Below the pieces are notes generated by a model. That model did not search any database. It was given only the letters and a program-made list of their open reading frames with translations, and had not been told where the DNA came from. A stretch of DNA of 64,000 nucleotides from an uncultured Acidobacteriaceae bacterium. GTDB taxonomy: Bacteria; Acidobacteriota; Terriglobia; Terriglobales; Acidobacteriaceae. The stretch lies in the NCBI GenBank assembly GCA_963848805.1, contig CAWKFD010000030.1, forward strand, positions 14,796 to 78,795, read 5' to 3'. A program made the translations under genes and the position numbers. Below, piece after piece: positions 29,160 to 39,272 of the stretch. How positions within the stretch are numbered: position 1 is the stretch's first letter; each line of letters begins with the position of its first letter.

Positions 29160-29216
29160 TCTGTCGTGTAACAGGTTTGAGTATCGAAAAGAATTCCTAA
29201 ATAAAACGTAAAGATT
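29160..29216 (-). promoter_or_regulatory. Probable kdp promoter with a T-rich KdpE-box-like tract
   Basis: Minus strand ATCTTTACGTTTTATTTAGG resembles the T-rich E. coli KdpE box; followed by TG-n-TACACG, a possible extended -10. Confidence 0.35.
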
Positions 29217-29297
29217 GGCGACGCGCCACCGGGAAGTGGTGGAAATTCAAGCAGAGAGCAGGCTCCTCGGCCCGCAATGCGATACGGGCCCGCCAGA

Positions 29298-29993
<696 letters not shown>

Positions 29994-30061
29994 GTCTTTC
30001 TTCTTTCAACGGCAGATTACATCATTGTCCCGCGGGTCGCCACGGCGACCGCCGGGCCGGT

Positions 30062-31558
30062 ATGATTCCGGTGGGGAAGCCGATGGACGTACGCGCCCGC
30101 TCCGGGCAGGTTCTTCGCTGGTTTGTGGCCACTGCCGTGGCCACGTTCACTACATTTCTGCTGGTGTGGCTGGGCGCCAATTCCACCACCGCGGGAATGG
30201 TGTTTCTGGTCCTGGTGGTGTGGTCAGCGAGCCTGGCTGGAATCGCCCTTTCGCTCTACATGGCGGCTCTGTGCGCGCTCTCCTTCGATTATTATTTTCT
30301 GCCTCCCGTCCGCACTCTTTGGCTGGTGGGCGCGCAGACCTGGGTAGAGATGATCTCGTTCGCGCTGGGCTGCGTCGTCGTCAGCAGACTGGCGGAGCGC
30401 GCGCGAACGCAGGCTTTGCGGGCCGAGCAACGGCAGGCGGACGTGGGACGACTGTATGCCCTAAGCCAGGAGATGATGCTCTTCGAGGATGCCGTCCGGC
30501 TCATCCACGATCTGCCTGGGCTGATAGTTCGCATCTTTGCCCTCCAGGGGGTGGTTCTTTACGTCTGCGACCAAGACCGCTTTTACTCCTCGACCGGCGA
30601 AGTGCCGGCCAGCGTACAGGCACACATGCGGGCCATGACGCAGGGCCTGAATCCTACGCTGGCGCCGCTCGCCGGTTACCACATGACTCAACTGATGCTG
30701 GGGTTGAGGCCCGAGGGAGCACTCGCATGGCGGCCGGAAACTCTCTCGCTCGAGGTCGCCACGGCGGTCGGCGCACAGGTATCGATTGCCGTCGCGCGCT
30801 CCATCGCCATTGAGGCCTCAACCCGCCTTGAGGCGGCCCGCGAGGGCGAGCGGCTGCGCACGGCGCTGATCGACTCCCTGACGCACGAATTGCGCACTCC
30901 GCTTACGTCAATCCGCGCCGCGGCCACTACGGTGCTGCAGGGCGAGGGCCTTGACGAAGCGGGACGGCTGGACATGGTGAGGATTATCGACGAGGAAGCG
31001 GCACGGCTCGATCTGCTCATCGGCGAAGCCGTGGAAATGGCCGAGATCGACGCCAATGTGGTCGAGGTGAAGATGTCGCCCCAGCATCCTCGCGCGCTGC
31101 TCGATCAGGCCGTGGAAGAGTCGCGCCAGATTTTGACCTCGCACAAAGTGAATATCTCGGTTGAACTCGACGGCAGCTCCGACTCGGACAAACCGGCCTG
31201 GTTCGATCCGCATCTGCTGGGCAGAGTTCTGCGCCATCTGCTCGAAAATGTGGCCAGCTATACGCCACCGGGCAGCCGCGTTACGCTCAGCAGCAAACGC
31301 TCCGACGGCAGGCTGGAGTTCTCGGTGGAGGATGATGGTCCCGGCATCGGCGCCATGGACCTGCCGCTGATCTTCGAGAAGTTTTACCGCGGCAAACAGG
31401 GCGCAGGCGCACGCAAGGGGTCCGGCATGGGGTTGGCAATCAGCCGCGCCATTTTGAGCGCACATGGTGGCGGCATCGAAGCTTCCAGCGTTCCCGGCAG
31501 CGGCGCGCGGTTCCGGTTTTGGGTGCCGCTGGTCGAAAAAGAACCCAGCCGGCGATAA
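30062..31558 (+). CDS. kdpD: KdpD-like sensor kinase (4-TM DUF4118 + GAF + HisKA + HATPase) lacking the N-terminal KdpD/Usp domains
   Basis: Four TMs with FDYYFLPP, LTHELRTPLTSI, NVASY, DDGPGI, IFEKFYRG, GSGMGLAI. Confidence 0.85.
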   Translation: MIPVGKPMDVRARSGQVLRWFVATAVATFTTFLLVWLGANSTTAGMVFLVLVVWSASLAGIALSLYMAALCALSFDYYFLPPVRTLWLVGAQTWVEMISFALGCVVVSRLAERARTQALRAEQRQADVGRLYALSQEMMLFEDAVRLIHDLPGLIVRIFALQGVVLYVCDQDRFYSSTGEVPASVQAHMRAMTQGLNPTLAPLAGYHMTQLMLGLRPEGALAWRPETLSLEVATAVGAQVSIAVARSIAIEASTRLEAAREGERLRTALIDSLTHELRTPLTSIRAAATTVLQGEGLDEAGRLDMVRIIDEEAARLDLLIGEAVEMAEIDANVVEVKMSPQHPRALLDQAVEESRQILTSHKVNISVELDGSSDSDKPAWFDPHLLGRVLRHLLENVASYTPPGSRVTLSSKRSDGRLEFSVEDDGPGIGAMDLPLIFEKFYRGKQGAGARKGSGMGLAISRAILSAHGGGIEASSVPGSGARFRFWVPLVEKEPSRR

Positions 31559-31950
31559 GGTCCGTGCGACGAACAGCGATCCCGGGGGCGGTGCGGTTTC
31601 CGGATTGGCGACAAAACATGGCCAACTCGTTAGTAGTATGTTGACGAAATACCAGGGCGAACCAGGAAATTGCGAAGGAAGGCGAAGGATGAAGAAGCGT
31701 GTCTTCACCGTCGGCGGCATCTTATCATTATTTGTGCTCTGGCCGTGGTGGAGTTCCTGATCCCCGACCGCGCAATGAACATAGCATTTGTCGTCATGAC
31801 GTCGGACCAAGTACTTCAGCATCGCTCCGCGTAGTGTTAACCAGTGGCTGCGGCGCCGCTTGTTTATCCCACGGAGGCAATGATTGGCAATGATTCGATC
31901 GGAGCTCATTACAAATTTCCCATCCCACTCGAAAGGAGTTCTTGCGACGC

Positions 31951-32571
31951 ATGAAGCTCAAGCTGCCTGCAGGCGAGTTCCGGGGCTACCTTTTCGACTG
32001 CGACGGCACGATTGCCGACTCCATGCCTCTCCACCACATCGCCTGGAATAAGGCGCTGGGCGAGTGGGGTTGCGCCTTCGACGAAGACCTCTTCTATGCG
32101 TGGGGCGGCAGGCCAACGGTCGAAATCGTTACCGAGCTGAACAGGATGCACGGACTCAACATGCCTGCCGAAGCCGTCGCTGAGCGCAAAGAGAATCTTT
32201 ACTACGCACTTCTCCCGCAGCTCAAGCCGGTGCCGGAGGTCCTCGAACACATCAACGCGCAACGAGGCCGCATTCCCTTCGCCGTGGTCTCAGGCAGCAG
32301 CCGCGAGTCCATCGTCAAGACCCTCACCGCCGTGCACCTGCTCGACCGTTTCAACGTTCTCGTAGGTTCAGGCGACTACGAGCGCAGCAAGCCGGCTCCC
32401 GACGCATTTCTGATCGCCGCCGCCAGGCTCGGCGTCGCGCCCAAAGATTGCCTCGTGTTTGAAGACACTGCGATGGGCATCCAGGCGGCGACGGCTGCCG
32501 GAATGGCCTCAGTGCGCGTTCCCTCGCCGCGGGAAAGACGCAATGGAACCACGTTGCCCGAGAGCGCGTAG
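31951..32571 (+). CDS. HAD-superfamily phosphatase (beta-PGM/YqaB-like)
   Basis: LFDCDGTIADSM, VVSGS, KPAPDAF, VFEDTAMGIQAATAAGM. Confidence 0.9.
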   Translation: MKLKLPAGEFRGYLFDCDGTIADSMPLHHIAWNKALGEWGCAFDEDLFYAWGGRPTVEIVTELNRMHGLNMPAEAVAERKENLYYALLPQLKPVPEVLEHINAQRGRIPFAVVSGSSRESIVKTLTAVHLLDRFNVLVGSGDYERSKPAPDAFLIAAARLGVAPKDCLVFEDTAMGIQAATAAGMASVRVPSPRERRNGTTLPESA

Positions 32572-32727
32572 ACAAGAGGAGAAAAACGTCGGGAGATTGA
32601 CTTGTTTTCCACCGGCGCGAGCCGCAACCACACAGCGGGAAGCGCTGGCCGTTGCGGCGAGGATTGGCTGGCGAATATGTGCTAATGTATGATCGCAGGA
32701 CTAAATCCCCATTCGCAGGAGCAAGTC

Positions 32728-34050
32728 ATGGCAAGGATACTGGGCGGAATTGCCACGTCGCATTCCCCAACGATTGGTTTTGCACTCGACGCCGGAAAGC
32801 AGAACGATCCGGTATGGGCGCCGATCTTTCAAGGTTACGAGCCGGTTCAAAAATGGCTCGCCGAGAAAAAGCCAGATGTTCTCTTCTACATCTATAACGA
32901 CCACGTCACGTCGTTCTTTTTCGACCATTACTCCCATTTCGTGCTGGGCATTGGCGAGGAATACGCGCCAGCCGACGAGGGCGGCGGACCGCGCAAGGTC
33001 CCGCCGATCCGCGGGCATGTGAAGCTGGCGCAGCACGTTGCCGCGGGACTGGTGGCCGACGAATTCGACCTATCGTATTTCCAAGGCAAGCCTCTCGATC
33101 ACGGCGGCTTTTCTCCGCTCTCGATGATGCTGCCGCACGAAACCGATTGGCCGATGCCCATTGTTCCGCTGCAGGTGGGCGTGCTGGAAGTGCCGATCCC
33201 GTCCGCCAGGCGGTGCTACAAGCTGGGCCAGTCGCTGCGCCGCGCTATTCAGAGCTTTCCCGAGGACATCGATGTGGTGATCGTGTCCACCGGCGGCCTG
33301 TCGCACCAGGTGCACGGTGAGCGGTCCGGCTTTAACAACACCGAGTGGGACATGCAATTCCTGGACATGATTACGAACGACCCGGTGCGGTTGAGCGAGT
33401 TGACCATTGCCGATTACGTGCGGCTGGGCGGCATGGAAGGCGCCGAAGTGATCATGTGGCTGATCATGCGAGGGGCACTCTCAGCCAACGTGCGGAAGGT
33501 ACACCAGAGCTACTACCTGCCCACTATGACGGGCCTTGCAACCCTGGTCCTCGAGGACGAGTCCATCGATCCGCCGGCCGATACGATCACGGCCTACCGC
33601 GAGCACATGGTTGCGCAGTACAAGGGCATTGAGAAACTCGAAGGCAATTACCCGTTCACGCTGGAGCGGAGTGCGAAAGGCTTCCGGCTGAACCGGTTCC
33701 TCCACGAGCTGATCGTTCCCGAACACAGGCGGCGCTTCAAGGAGGAACCTGAAACGCTTTTCCAGGAGTGGGAATTGACTTGCGAGGAGTGCGATCTGAT
33801 CCGTCGCAGGGCTTGGCAGGAGTTGATTCACTATGGCGCCAGCTTCTTCATGCTGGAGAAGATGGGCGCAGTGGTGGGAACCTCGAATCTGCACATCTAT
33901 GCGGCTATGGCCGGTAAACCGCTGGAGGAGTTCCTGAAGACACGCAATGCGCCGGGAGCGCTTTACTCGGTGGCTGGAAATGTGCCCACGAAGTTCACCC
34001 AAGGGCAGGACGGTCAGCCGGATGTGCCGGAGGCAGTGGTCAAGAAATAG
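32728..34050 (+). CDS. desB: Gallate dioxygenase-like extradiol dioxygenase (LigB domain fused to a C-terminal LigA domain)
   Basis: TSHSPTIG, YNDHVTSFFFDHY, LDHG, GGLSHQVHGER, EGAEVIMWL; C-terminal RLNRFLHEL...LIHYGASFFMLEK. Confidence 0.85.
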   Translation: MARILGGIATSHSPTIGFALDAGKQNDPVWAPIFQGYEPVQKWLAEKKPDVLFYIYNDHVTSFFFDHYSHFVLGIGEEYAPADEGGGPRKVPPIRGHVKLAQHVAAGLVADEFDLSYFQGKPLDHGGFSPLSMMLPHETDWPMPIVPLQVGVLEVPIPSARRCYKLGQSLRRAIQSFPEDIDVVIVSTGGLSHQVHGERSGFNNTEWDMQFLDMITNDPVRLSELTIADYVRLGGMEGAEVIMWLIMRGALSANVRKVHQSYYLPTMTGLATLVLEDESIDPPADTITAYREHMVAQYKGIEKLEGNYPFTLERSAKGFRLNRFLHELIVPEHRRRFKEEPETLFQEWELTCEECDLIRRRAWQELIHYGASFFMLEKMGAVVGTSNLHIYAAMAGKPLEEFLKTRNAPGALYSVAGNVPTKFTQGQDGQPDVPEAVVKK

Positions 34051-34181
34051 CCGGGCAGTTCCTCGGGTCCCAGGACGATTGCTTATCTCTGTACTTCAGG
34101 ACCACGTGCACCCTTGCCCGTCCTCTGGCGTCAACACCAGGACTTTGGTTGAACCGTTCCGAGATTCTCATTCCAGGATTC

Positions 34182-34976
34182 TCAATAGAGCAGGACTGCC
34201 ACGCGGTACGCCGTAAACGCACCCTCAGCGGTCTGTGCCGGGCAACTGCCCACCGCTGCCTGGCGATAATTTCCCGATGCAAGCTTCTCGACCAGCGCCT
34301 GCGGCAGGCGTGTCAAATCGGCGTCCTGCCAGCGCATGATGAAGCGCGGCTGCATCCCGGCTGCTGCCCGCGGCATTCCCTCATCGGTTGTGCACGCCGC
34401 GCGCGCCACGCTTGGGTCGCCCAGAATCGCCACGCCACTTACGCGAATCAGCGCGGCCACGCGCGCCTCCACTTGCACCACGCTCAGTTGCCGCACGGCG
34501 CGGCTATAATCGGCCACCGCGTAAAGAACGCCCCGCGCAGCCACCACGGCCACGCCCACATGGTCCACATCGGGACTCAATAGATTCGAGCGATGGCCCG
34601 GCGACTGCATCCACTCTTCATGAATCGCTCCAGCTGACGGCCCAATGGCCACGTTCTCTTCAATCACGCTGAAGTGCGCGCCGGCCTGCGCCGCCCGGCC
34701 GCTCACGTCCGCCTCGCCTCCATAGCTGTGGGCAATCGGTCCTTCAGCGGCCATGCGCTGGCAATGTTGCAACGCGGCTGCCGCCAGCGCCGGATCCCAC
34801 TGCAAACGCCCCACTCCGGCCTGAGCGCGGGCCTGGTTGGCCAGCGCAAAAATCTGCTCGGCTTCCGCCTGCATGTTGCCCGAGCCGCCGGGCGCGTGCG
34901 AGCCCGCCTGCGCCGCAGCCAACGCCGGAACTGCCAGCGCGAACATCAGCAAAAGTCTGCGTGAATTAACCCTCAT
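34182..34976 (-). CDS. Secreted CAP/SCP-domain protein
   Basis: Signal peptide; NQARAQAG, L.WDPAL, H, ENVA, WMQSPGHRSNLL, VGVAV. Confidence 0.85.
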   Translation of the reverse strand: MRVNSRRLLLMFALAVPALAAAQAGSHAPGGSGNMQAEAEQIFALANQARAQAGVGRLQWDPALAAAALQHCQRMAAEGPIAHSYGGEADVSGRAAQAGAHFSVIEENVAIGPSAGAIHEEWMQSPGHRSNLLSPDVDHVGVAVVAARGVLYAVADYSRAVRQLSVVQVEARVAALIRVSGVAILGDPSVARAACTTDEGMPRAAAGMQPRFIMRWQDADLTRLPQALVEKLASGNYRQAAVGSCPAQTAEGAFTAYRVAVLLY

Positions 34977-35083
34977 ATTCGCTTAGACCCCATCCCCCCG
35001 CCCATGTCGCTGTATTCTTCGATGAGTGCGATGGAATCGCCAGGTATCTGACAATATGAATTCGTAAATCGGTATCCCAATGT

Positions 35084-35115
35084 CCAAAGTCTCAAAATCG
35101 AGACCTGGGCACCCC
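35084..35115 (+). repeat. REP-like element, family B
   Basis: CCAAAGTCTCAAAATCGAGACCTGGGCACCCC. Confidence 0.7.
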
Positions 35116-35260
35116 ACAATGGTGCAAAATCAAGTTGTCAAAGACCCAGTAACCGAAGGATCACGCCGGGCGGGCATGCGTCTTCGCCGCCAACCGCTCG
35201 CCGTAATCGGCGATCACTCTCATCAATCGCAAATTGAAATGCGGAAGGATCTGCATGATC

Positions 35261-36577
35261 TCAAGTTTTGAGTTGGTTATGGCTAAAATCGTTGCGCGGC
35301 CCGATCCAGAAGAACAAAATGATGGCGGGCAATGCGACGACGGTGGTCAGCAGGAAGAATCGAGCCCAGCCGAATTTCTCTGACAATACCCCTCCTGAGG
35401 AGGCCACCATGGTGCGGCCGAGCAAAGTAAGCGAGGAAAGCAGCGCGTACTGAGTGGCCGTAAAAGCCGGCGAGCACAGGCTGGAGAGATAGGTCACCAG
35501 CGCAGTCCCGGCCATTCCCCCTGTGATATTTTCGGCGGTGACGCATAAAGCAAGGTAGCCGATACGATGCCCGCCTACAGCCTGCAAGACAAAAAACAGG
35601 TTCCCGAATGCCTGCAAAATGCCACAAAGAATCAGCGAGCGCCGGATTCCTAACCTGGCCGTCACTACACCGCCTAATAGAACCCCTGCCACGATCGAAA
35701 AAAATCCGAATACTTTCGAAACGGCTGCGATCTCCGGGAGCGAAAATCCCACCACTATATAAAGCGGCGTTGACATCACTCCCGCCATTGCCTCGCCCAA
35801 CTTGTATCCGAAAACTGCGATCAGGATGACTGGCCAAAGCGGTCGATGCATGAAATCGCGAAAGGGACCGATCACGGCGGTCGAAAACGCGTGGCGAATC
35901 GCATGCCATCCCGTTGCGGCATAAGGAGTCTCTGCCGGGGCCTTCGGTTCTGGTCCCAGCAAAAACACCAGCATTCCGATAGCGAGCAGCGCAGCCATTG
36001 TGGCATAGGCCGCGAACCAACCTGCGCGCGCTGCAATTAAAAGGCCGCCTGCACCGGAAACCAGCATGCCGACCCGATAGCCCGCCTGGATCATGGCTGC
36101 TCCGGGAGCCTGCTGATCGCTATTCATGCTCTCCACCCGCCAGGCATCGATCACGATATCCTGGCTCGCGGATAGAAATGCGACGAGTACCGCCAAGACG
36201 GCCATCACAGGCAAGTTGTGCTTTGGATTGCACAGTCCCAGACCGAGAATTGCGCCGATCAGGAGGATCTGGATGGTGATTCCCCAACCGCGCCGCCGTC
36301 CCAAGGGCAGTGGCGGAGGTACGCGATCCATCAGCGGCGACCACAGAAACTTGAATGCGTAGGGTGTGCCAACCAGGGCGAAGGCGCCGATCGCGGCGCG
36401 CCGCACGCCTGCTGTCGCAAGCCACGCTGAAAGAGTTGAGTAAGTCAGCAGGAGCGGCAAGCCGCTGGCGAATCCGAGTGCAAGCACCCGCAGCACAAGC
36501 GGGTCAGTATAGGCTGCCACCGTGTGCCGCCAGTTTGTTCGAGCGTGACTTTCGTTGCTTAGGAAGTTTTCCTTCAT
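35261..36577 (-). CDS. ampG: AmpG-family muropeptide MFS permease
   Basis: LGFASGLPLLL, FKFLWSPLMD, LGRRRGW, SASQDIVIDAWR, GYRVG, YKLGEA, ATQYALLSS. Confidence 0.92.
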   Translation of the reverse strand: MKENFLSNESHARTNWRHTVAAYTDPLVLRVLALGFASGLPLLLTYSTLSAWLATAGVRRAAIGAFALVGTPYAFKFLWSPLMDRVPPPLPLGRRRGWGITIQILLIGAILGLGLCNPKHNLPVMAVLAVLVAFLSASQDIVIDAWRVESMNSDQQAPGAAMIQAGYRVGMLVSGAGGLLIAARAGWFAAYATMAALLAIGMLVFLLGPEPKAPAETPYAATGWHAIRHAFSTAVIGPFRDFMHRPLWPVILIAVFGYKLGEAMAGVMSTPLYIVVGFSLPEIAAVSKVFGFFSIVAGVLLGGVVTARLGIRRSLILCGILQAFGNLFFVLQAVGGHRIGYLALCVTAENITGGMAGTALVTYLSSLCSPAFTATQYALLSSLTLLGRTMVASSGGVLSEKFGWARFFLLTTVVALPAIILFFWIGPRNDFSHNQLKT

Positions 36578-36645
36578 TGCAATATTTGGGCGCCCTGTTT
36601 CAGCCTAACTCCACCAGCTTCGCTCACGCCGCTTATTCTGGATTC

Positions 36646-37110
36646 ATGAAGCTCGGCGTCGTCAGCGACACCCACGGCTTGCTCCGTCCCGAAGTTGCTC
36701 CCGCGCTCAAAGGCATCGAGCGAATTCTCCACCTGGGCGATGTCGGCAGGCCTTCCATCCTCACGGAGCTCGAAAAAATCGCACCCGTCACCGCTATCCG
36801 CGGCAACATCGACCGCGAGGGCCCCTGCGCCAAGCTTCCCGAGACCGATGTCGTGCTCGTTGAGGGCCACTACTTCTATATGCTCCACGACCTGAAGACG
36901 CTGCACCTGGACCCGGCTGCGGGGAAGTTTGCCGCCGTCCTCCACGGCCACACGCACGTGCCCAACTTCTACGCAAAAAAAGGAGTGCTCTACTTCAACC
37001 CCGGCTCCTGCGGCCCGCGAAGGTTCGAGCTGCCGGTAACAATCGGTGTGCTGGAAATCACAGGCGAAGAAATTCGTCCGAGAATCGTCACGCTCGTCAC
37101 AACTTACTGA
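36646..37110 (+). CDS. YfcE-like metallophosphoesterase
   Basis: MKLGVVSDTHG, HLGDVG, GNID, HGHTH, FNPGSCGP. Confidence 0.9.
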   Translation: MKLGVVSDTHGLLRPEVAPALKGIERILHLGDVGRPSILTELEKIAPVTAIRGNIDREGPCAKLPETDVVLVEGHYFYMLHDLKTLHLDPAAGKFAAVLHGHTHVPNFYAKKGVLYFNPGSCGPRRFELPVTIGVLEITGEEIRPRIVTLVTTY

Positions 37111-37284
37111 TTCCCCTCAAGAATTGTCTGCTTCATCTGCTGGAATCAAGGTAAGTCAAGGGTTTCTACAGCGCGCTCTGGTGAAGTTCATCTGACAGGG
37201 CAACGTTTTCTCCGCATCGGCGCTCCAACCAGAAAGCGCCGGGTACGATGGCCGTCAGGCCGAGGCGCTCAAGGAGGTCTTTTA

Positions 37285-37632
37285 ATGCAAAGACAAATAC
37301 CCGTGCTTCTTACTGTTCTCGCTCTTCCATTGACATTCGGCAGTTGCGCTCATGCCAAGCCGCTGCCGGGTACGCCCGCGGCTTTCCAGAGCGATGACGA
37401 CCACGACCAGGCTCGAGAGGCTCGCGAGCAGGGCCATCAGGACGGCATGCAGGCCGCAGCCGAAGACATGCGCAACGGACGCCCCCCGGATGCCGATCAC
37501 CACGAAAGATTCCGTCATCCTCCGGTGAAAGACCACTTGCGCGATGCATACCGCGATGGATTCCGCGACGGCTACAACGACGCTTATCGCCATGGCGAGC
37601 ACCACGACCACGACGCCGACCGGCCGCAATAA
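37285..37632 (+). CDS. Small secreted protein / possible lipoprotein
   Basis: Signal peptide with FGSC; core GHQDG..AA.D...G..PD..H.RFR.PP...YRDGFRDGY shared with 38791..39108. Confidence 0.7.
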   Translation: MQRQIPVLLTVLALPLTFGSCAHAKPLPGTPAAFQSDDDHDQAREAREQGHQDGMQAAAEDMRNGRPPDADHHERFRHPPVKDHLRDAYRDGFRDGYNDAYRHGEHHDHDADRPQ

Positions 37633-37685
37633 CGACAATCGCCGTAGCGCGCAGAGAGCGTAGCGGGCATCGTCCCCGCCAAGCT

Positions 37686-38555
37686 TTACCGATAAACTTC
37701 CGGAACAAAGTTCTGCTCCTGGATCGGCGGCCGCACGTATTTCGATTTTTCCAGCTTCGGCAGCTTCAGCGGCTGGGGCGTCAGGTCGCGGTAGGGAATC
37801 ATCGAAAGCAGGTGGGCGATCACGTTCAGCCGCGCCGATTTTTTGTTCTCGGCGTTAACCACGTGCCACGGAACCTGCTTGGTATCGGTCACCGCGAACA
37901 TCTCATCTTTGGCACGCGAATAATCCGCCCAGTGCTTGCGCGATTCCAAATCCATGGGGCTGAGCTTCCAGCGCTTGGTGGGCGTATTCATGCGGGCCTG
38001 GAAGCGGCGCTCCTGCTCTTCGTCGCTCACGCTAAACCAGTATTTGATGAGGACGATACCGCAGCGCACCAGCATGCGCTCGAATTCCGGGCAGCTCTGC
38101 ATGAATTCCAGATACTCGCGTTCGGTACAGAAGCCCATCACGCGTTCGACTCCGGCGCGGTTGTACCAACTGCGGTCGAAGAGAACCATTTCTCCGGCGG
38201 CCGGCAGATGCGCCACGTAGCGCTGGAAGTACCACTGGGTCTTTTCGCGCTCAGTGGGCGTGGCCAGCGCGGCAATGCGGCACACGCGCGGATTGAGCGA
38301 CTCGGCGATGCGCTTGATGGCTCCGCCCTTGCCCGCCGCGTCCCGGCCCTCGAACAGAACCACCACGCGCAGGCCTTGGTGGCGAATCCACTCCTGCAGT
38401 TTCACCAGTTCGATCTGCATGCGGCGCAGCTCGCGCTCGTAGCCGCAGTCTTTGCCGATTCGCAACGCTTCGGCGTTATTAGCATGAAGGGACTTTTCTG
38501 AGTGGTTTCCGTTCCCTTCACCATGCTTGTGGTTCTTCCCTCTCCTGCCCGCCAT
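37686..38555 (-). CDS. ppk2: Polyphosphate kinase 2
   Basis: FEGRDAAGKGG, WYFQRY, FDRSWYNRAGVERVMGF, KRWKLSPMD. Confidence 0.95.
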   Translation of the reverse strand: MAGRRGKNHKHGEGNGNHSEKSLHANNAEALRIGKDCGYERELRRMQIELVKLQEWIRHQGLRVVVLFEGRDAAGKGGAIKRIAESLNPRVCRIAALATPTEREKTQWYFQRYVAHLPAAGEMVLFDRSWYNRAGVERVMGFCTEREYLEFMQSCPEFERMLVRCGIVLIKYWFSVSDEEQERRFQARMNTPTKRWKLSPMDLESRKHWADYSRAKDEMFAVTDTKQVPWHVVNAENKKSARLNVIAHLLSMIPYRDLTPQPLKLPKLEKSKYVRPPIQEQNFVPEVYR

Positions 38556-38790
38556 GGTCTTCCTCCTGGCGATTCGTGCGCTCCCTTCGTCCCTGGCCGT
38601 TTTCAGCCACGCCGCAGAGCGCCGGCACACTCGGTCATTCATTGTATCGGCAAGATGCACACTGGCGTTACCTGCCGGCGGGGCGCTCCCTTTTTGGCTC
38701 GTGCAACAATTCCCAATAGTTTGGGTTCAGTTAGTAGAGCGTCGCGCCGCAGCACGGGCGGGACATCTAATCCATCTGAAGAGGTTCCAA

Positions 38791-39108
38791 ATGAATATGA
38801 GAAAGATTGCCATATTAACCGCATTGCTGTTCCCACTCGTGCTGGCCGGGTGTTCTCACCCGCAGCCTGTCGTGTATGCCGTGCCACCGCCGCCCCCAGC
38901 GTTCGGCCCGGTCGGGCAGCGGGGCTATCACGACGGAACCGAGGCCGCGCGGCACGACATCGCCAAGGGCCTGGCGCCCGATGTGCAACGGCATCCGCGA
39001 TTCCGCAACCCACCTGCCGGTCCACCGGATGAATACCGCCGCGGTTTCCGCACCGGATACGAACAGACCTTCCCTGGCGGACCTCCTCCTCCGCCTCCGG
39101 GATACTGA
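38791..39108 (+). CDS. Small proline-rich lipoprotein
   Basis: Lipobox LAGC; core GYHDG..AA..D...G..PD...H.RFR.PP...YRRGFRTGY. Confidence 0.75.
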   Translation: MNMRKIAILTALLFPLVLAGCSHPQPVVYAVPPPPPAFGPVGQRGYHDGTEAARHDIAKGLAPDVQRHPRFRNPPAGPPDEYRRGFRTGYEQTFPGGPPPPPPGY

Positions 39109-39141
39109 CGCCATCCGGAATACTGAATTGCCGCATCTTGT

Positions 39142-39169
39142 ACCGGCGGACGATCGCGCGTCCGCCGGT
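39142..39169 (+). terminator. GC-rich hairpin after the lipoprotein gene
   Basis: Perfect 11-bp stem ACCGGCGGACG/CGTCCGCCGGT followed by TGTATT; weak U-tract. Confidence 0.4.
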
Positions 39170-39272
39170 TGTATTGCCGATGTTGATTCCGGAACGAACC
39201 CCGTAATGAATGTGGTACGGTAACCTGCCGCGGGGCCGCAGTAGAACCTTGCAGACGCGGATAATCGGATGT

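Noticed and set aside
7147-29173. Shared GTGTAACA octamer in the higA operator, the EPS repeat box and the kdp promoter, as a common regulon
   Set aside because: An 8-bp match in differing architectures (inverted, direct, single) is too weak without binding data.
31689-31834. Possible frameshifted small membrane-protein remnant (MKKRVFTVGGIL...) after kdpD
   Set aside because: Too short, no recognisable family, and needs an assumed frameshift.
30908-31909. 333-aa minus-strand ORF
   Set aside because: Antisense shadow of the kdpD kinase domain with no independent motifs.
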